The notes beneath the pieces are model-generated. The model was not told the origin of the DNA. It worked only from the letters and a program-made list of their open reading frames with translations, and searched no databases. From Porphyridium purpureum (lineage: Eukaryota), in the NCBI GenBank assembly GCA_008690995.1, contig VRMN01000001.1, forward strand, positions 3,038,001 to 3,102,000: DNA of 64,000 bases, read 5' to 3'. The first letter of the stretch is position 1. Each line of letters begins with the position of its first letter. Made by a program: the position numbers and the translations under genes. Below, one piece after another: positions 62,633-64,000 of this stretch.

Positions 62633-64000
62633 ATGATGCGTCCGCCGACGCGGAACCGGACACAGCGCGTTCCGCCCTCTCAGCGAGGAGTGCGCGGAGT
62701 GGATGGAGGCAGCCCTGTCGTGGCTCTCGCGCGACCGGCGCGGTCGATGCCGTCGTGGCGCCCGTGGGTTCTGTGGCTGGCCGGAGCGGCATGTGTGCTT
62801 GCATTGATCCTCGTAGTCGTGATGCTGGTGTCGAGTCGCTCTGTAGAATACGACAGCATGAGGCGTGTGTCGTGGCTGTCGGCCGCGATGGGCAAGGCGC
62901 ATGCGCAATGGGTGCCAAGGGAAAGCAGCATCGCAGAACGGCTTCGGCAGCCACAAGATCAAAGTCAAGATCAAGCAGCGCACGATGTTGCACAGCAGCA
63001 GCTTTTGCCGTCTCCTCCTCAGCGTAGCGGGGACAGCGCTGTGCCACTGGCGCCACCTGCGTCTCTGATACCACCTCCTAGTTCACCGGCACATGCGACC
63101 TTGTTGGATCTTCCAGAACCGCTGCGTTTGTACTACGATAAGACGAGGACAAATCTGCAGAATAACCAAAGGTATCAAGTGTGTCGTATACCAGACGTGT
63201 GTCTTACGCGGAGAAGAGAGTTTATCATGCCGACCTTTGTTGCAAACTTTGCCAAAAACGAGCTGTCACGTTGCATGCGAAAAGAGACACTGGCGCTTAC
63301 GACTTTTACGGACCAGATACCGCAGAACAATGACTCGACGCTGGTCATCCACTGGAAGGACCGGGACCTCGCCACCATTATGCCAGACTCAAAGAGCAGC
63401 GTTCGCTACTGGATTCCGCATTTTGTCGGCGACATCGTCCCACTGCTTTCTGCTGTGGACGCCATATCGGGCTCGCGTTGGGGCGGTACGATCGAGGAGC
63501 TGTGCGTCAAACGCGGCACTGATGCGTCTTCCGGAGGTGGTGAAATGGGCGGTAATCCGCTCGAGAGGCCCGCGCCTTGCGATGTAAGCGGTGTTCTCGC
63601 CAAGCATGATTACGTGGTGGAGGATCAGTCAGGTGTCTTATCGCGCCGCGCGACACCCTGGGTGCGTGATATGCGCAGCATGATGGAGCGTATCGGTATC
63701 GAGATCACACCGTTTTTGTTCGATGCCAATGAAAAGGTCTACGCGATGTGCTTTCGAAGTGCCGTGTTCTCGTCACAGTCAGTGCATGAGTACTGGAATG
63801 GGCCGGAGCACATTTTCTACAAAGCGAATGGTGTTGAGCGCGCCGCGCGCGCTGGCGAGCACATTATAGCAGCGTTTGATCGCAGCTATGATAGGAGCAA
63901 GCCGAGTGTGCCAAAACCGCTGCGCGCAAAGGAGTCTGAGCCCTGTCGTGTAGGCGTCACTTTGGTCAAACGAAGGGATACGCGCACGCTCGCAGAGGGA
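62633..64000 (+). CDS. 3'-truncated type II membrane protein, possibly a GT61-like glycosyltransferase (absent from the ORF track)
   Basis: My translation from ATG 62633 is open to the window end: TM WVLWLAGAACVLALILVVVMLV, Pro-rich stem, then WIPHFVGD, CFRSAV and VTLVKRRDTRTL. Confidence 0.65.
   Translation, partial: MMRPPTRNRTQRVPPSQRGVRGVDGGSPVVALARPARSMPSWRPWVLWLAGAACVLALILVVVMLVSSRSVEYDSMRRVSWLSAAMGKAHAQWVPRESSIAERLRQPQDQSQDQAAHDVAQQQLLPSPPQRSGDSAVPLAPPASLIPPPSSPAHATLLDLPEPLRLYYDKTRTNLQNNQRYQVCRIPDVCLTRRREFIMPTFVANFAKNELSRCMRKETLALTTFTDQIPQNNDSTLVIHWKDRDLATIMPDSKSSVRYWIPHFVGDIVPLLSAVDAISGSRWGGTIEELCVKRGTDASSGGGEMGGNPLERPAPCDVSGVLAKHDYVVEDQSGVLSRRATPWVRDMRSMMERIGIEITPFLFDANEKVYAMCFRSAVFSSQSVHEYWNGPEHIFYKANGVERAARAGEHIIAAFDRSYDRSKPSVPKPLRAKESEPCRVGVTLVKRRDTRTLAEG

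Overview
Eukaryotic, gene-dense, apparently intron-free nuclear DNA. Nucleus-encoded plastid proteins (HHL1-like, plastid L17) and a Hog/Hint protein point to an alga, most plausibly a unicellular red alga; this is inference. Positions 1-28116 and 55388-64000 hold about 21 ordinary-looking single-exon genes: VDAC, SYLF, an amino-acid permease, a trypsin-Hint fusion, archaeal-type iPGM, twin GT92, an M8 protease, rhodanese, BSD, L17, Elg1/ATAD5-like and GT61-like. Positions 28117-55387 are one three-layer retrotransposon nest. (1) The outer element has intact ORFs, 797-bp LTRs and a TTCTT target-site duplication. Its integrase-RT-RNaseH are Ty1/copia, but its Gag, protease, PBS and LTR core promoter resemble the resident Ty3/gypsy family, and like that family it appears to use a -1 frameshift. 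It looks like a copia/gypsy chimera, and its ends are CG..AG instead of TG..CA. (2) A Ty3/gypsy element sits in the outer element's 5' LTR (TSD GAATC). (3) A second copy of that gypsy family sits in the first copy's 3' LTR (TSD GCGCG). The nested unit was then expanded into a head-to-tail array of four internal domains with a period of about 5.29 kb. All protein calls rest on motifs recognised by eye; no database search was run.
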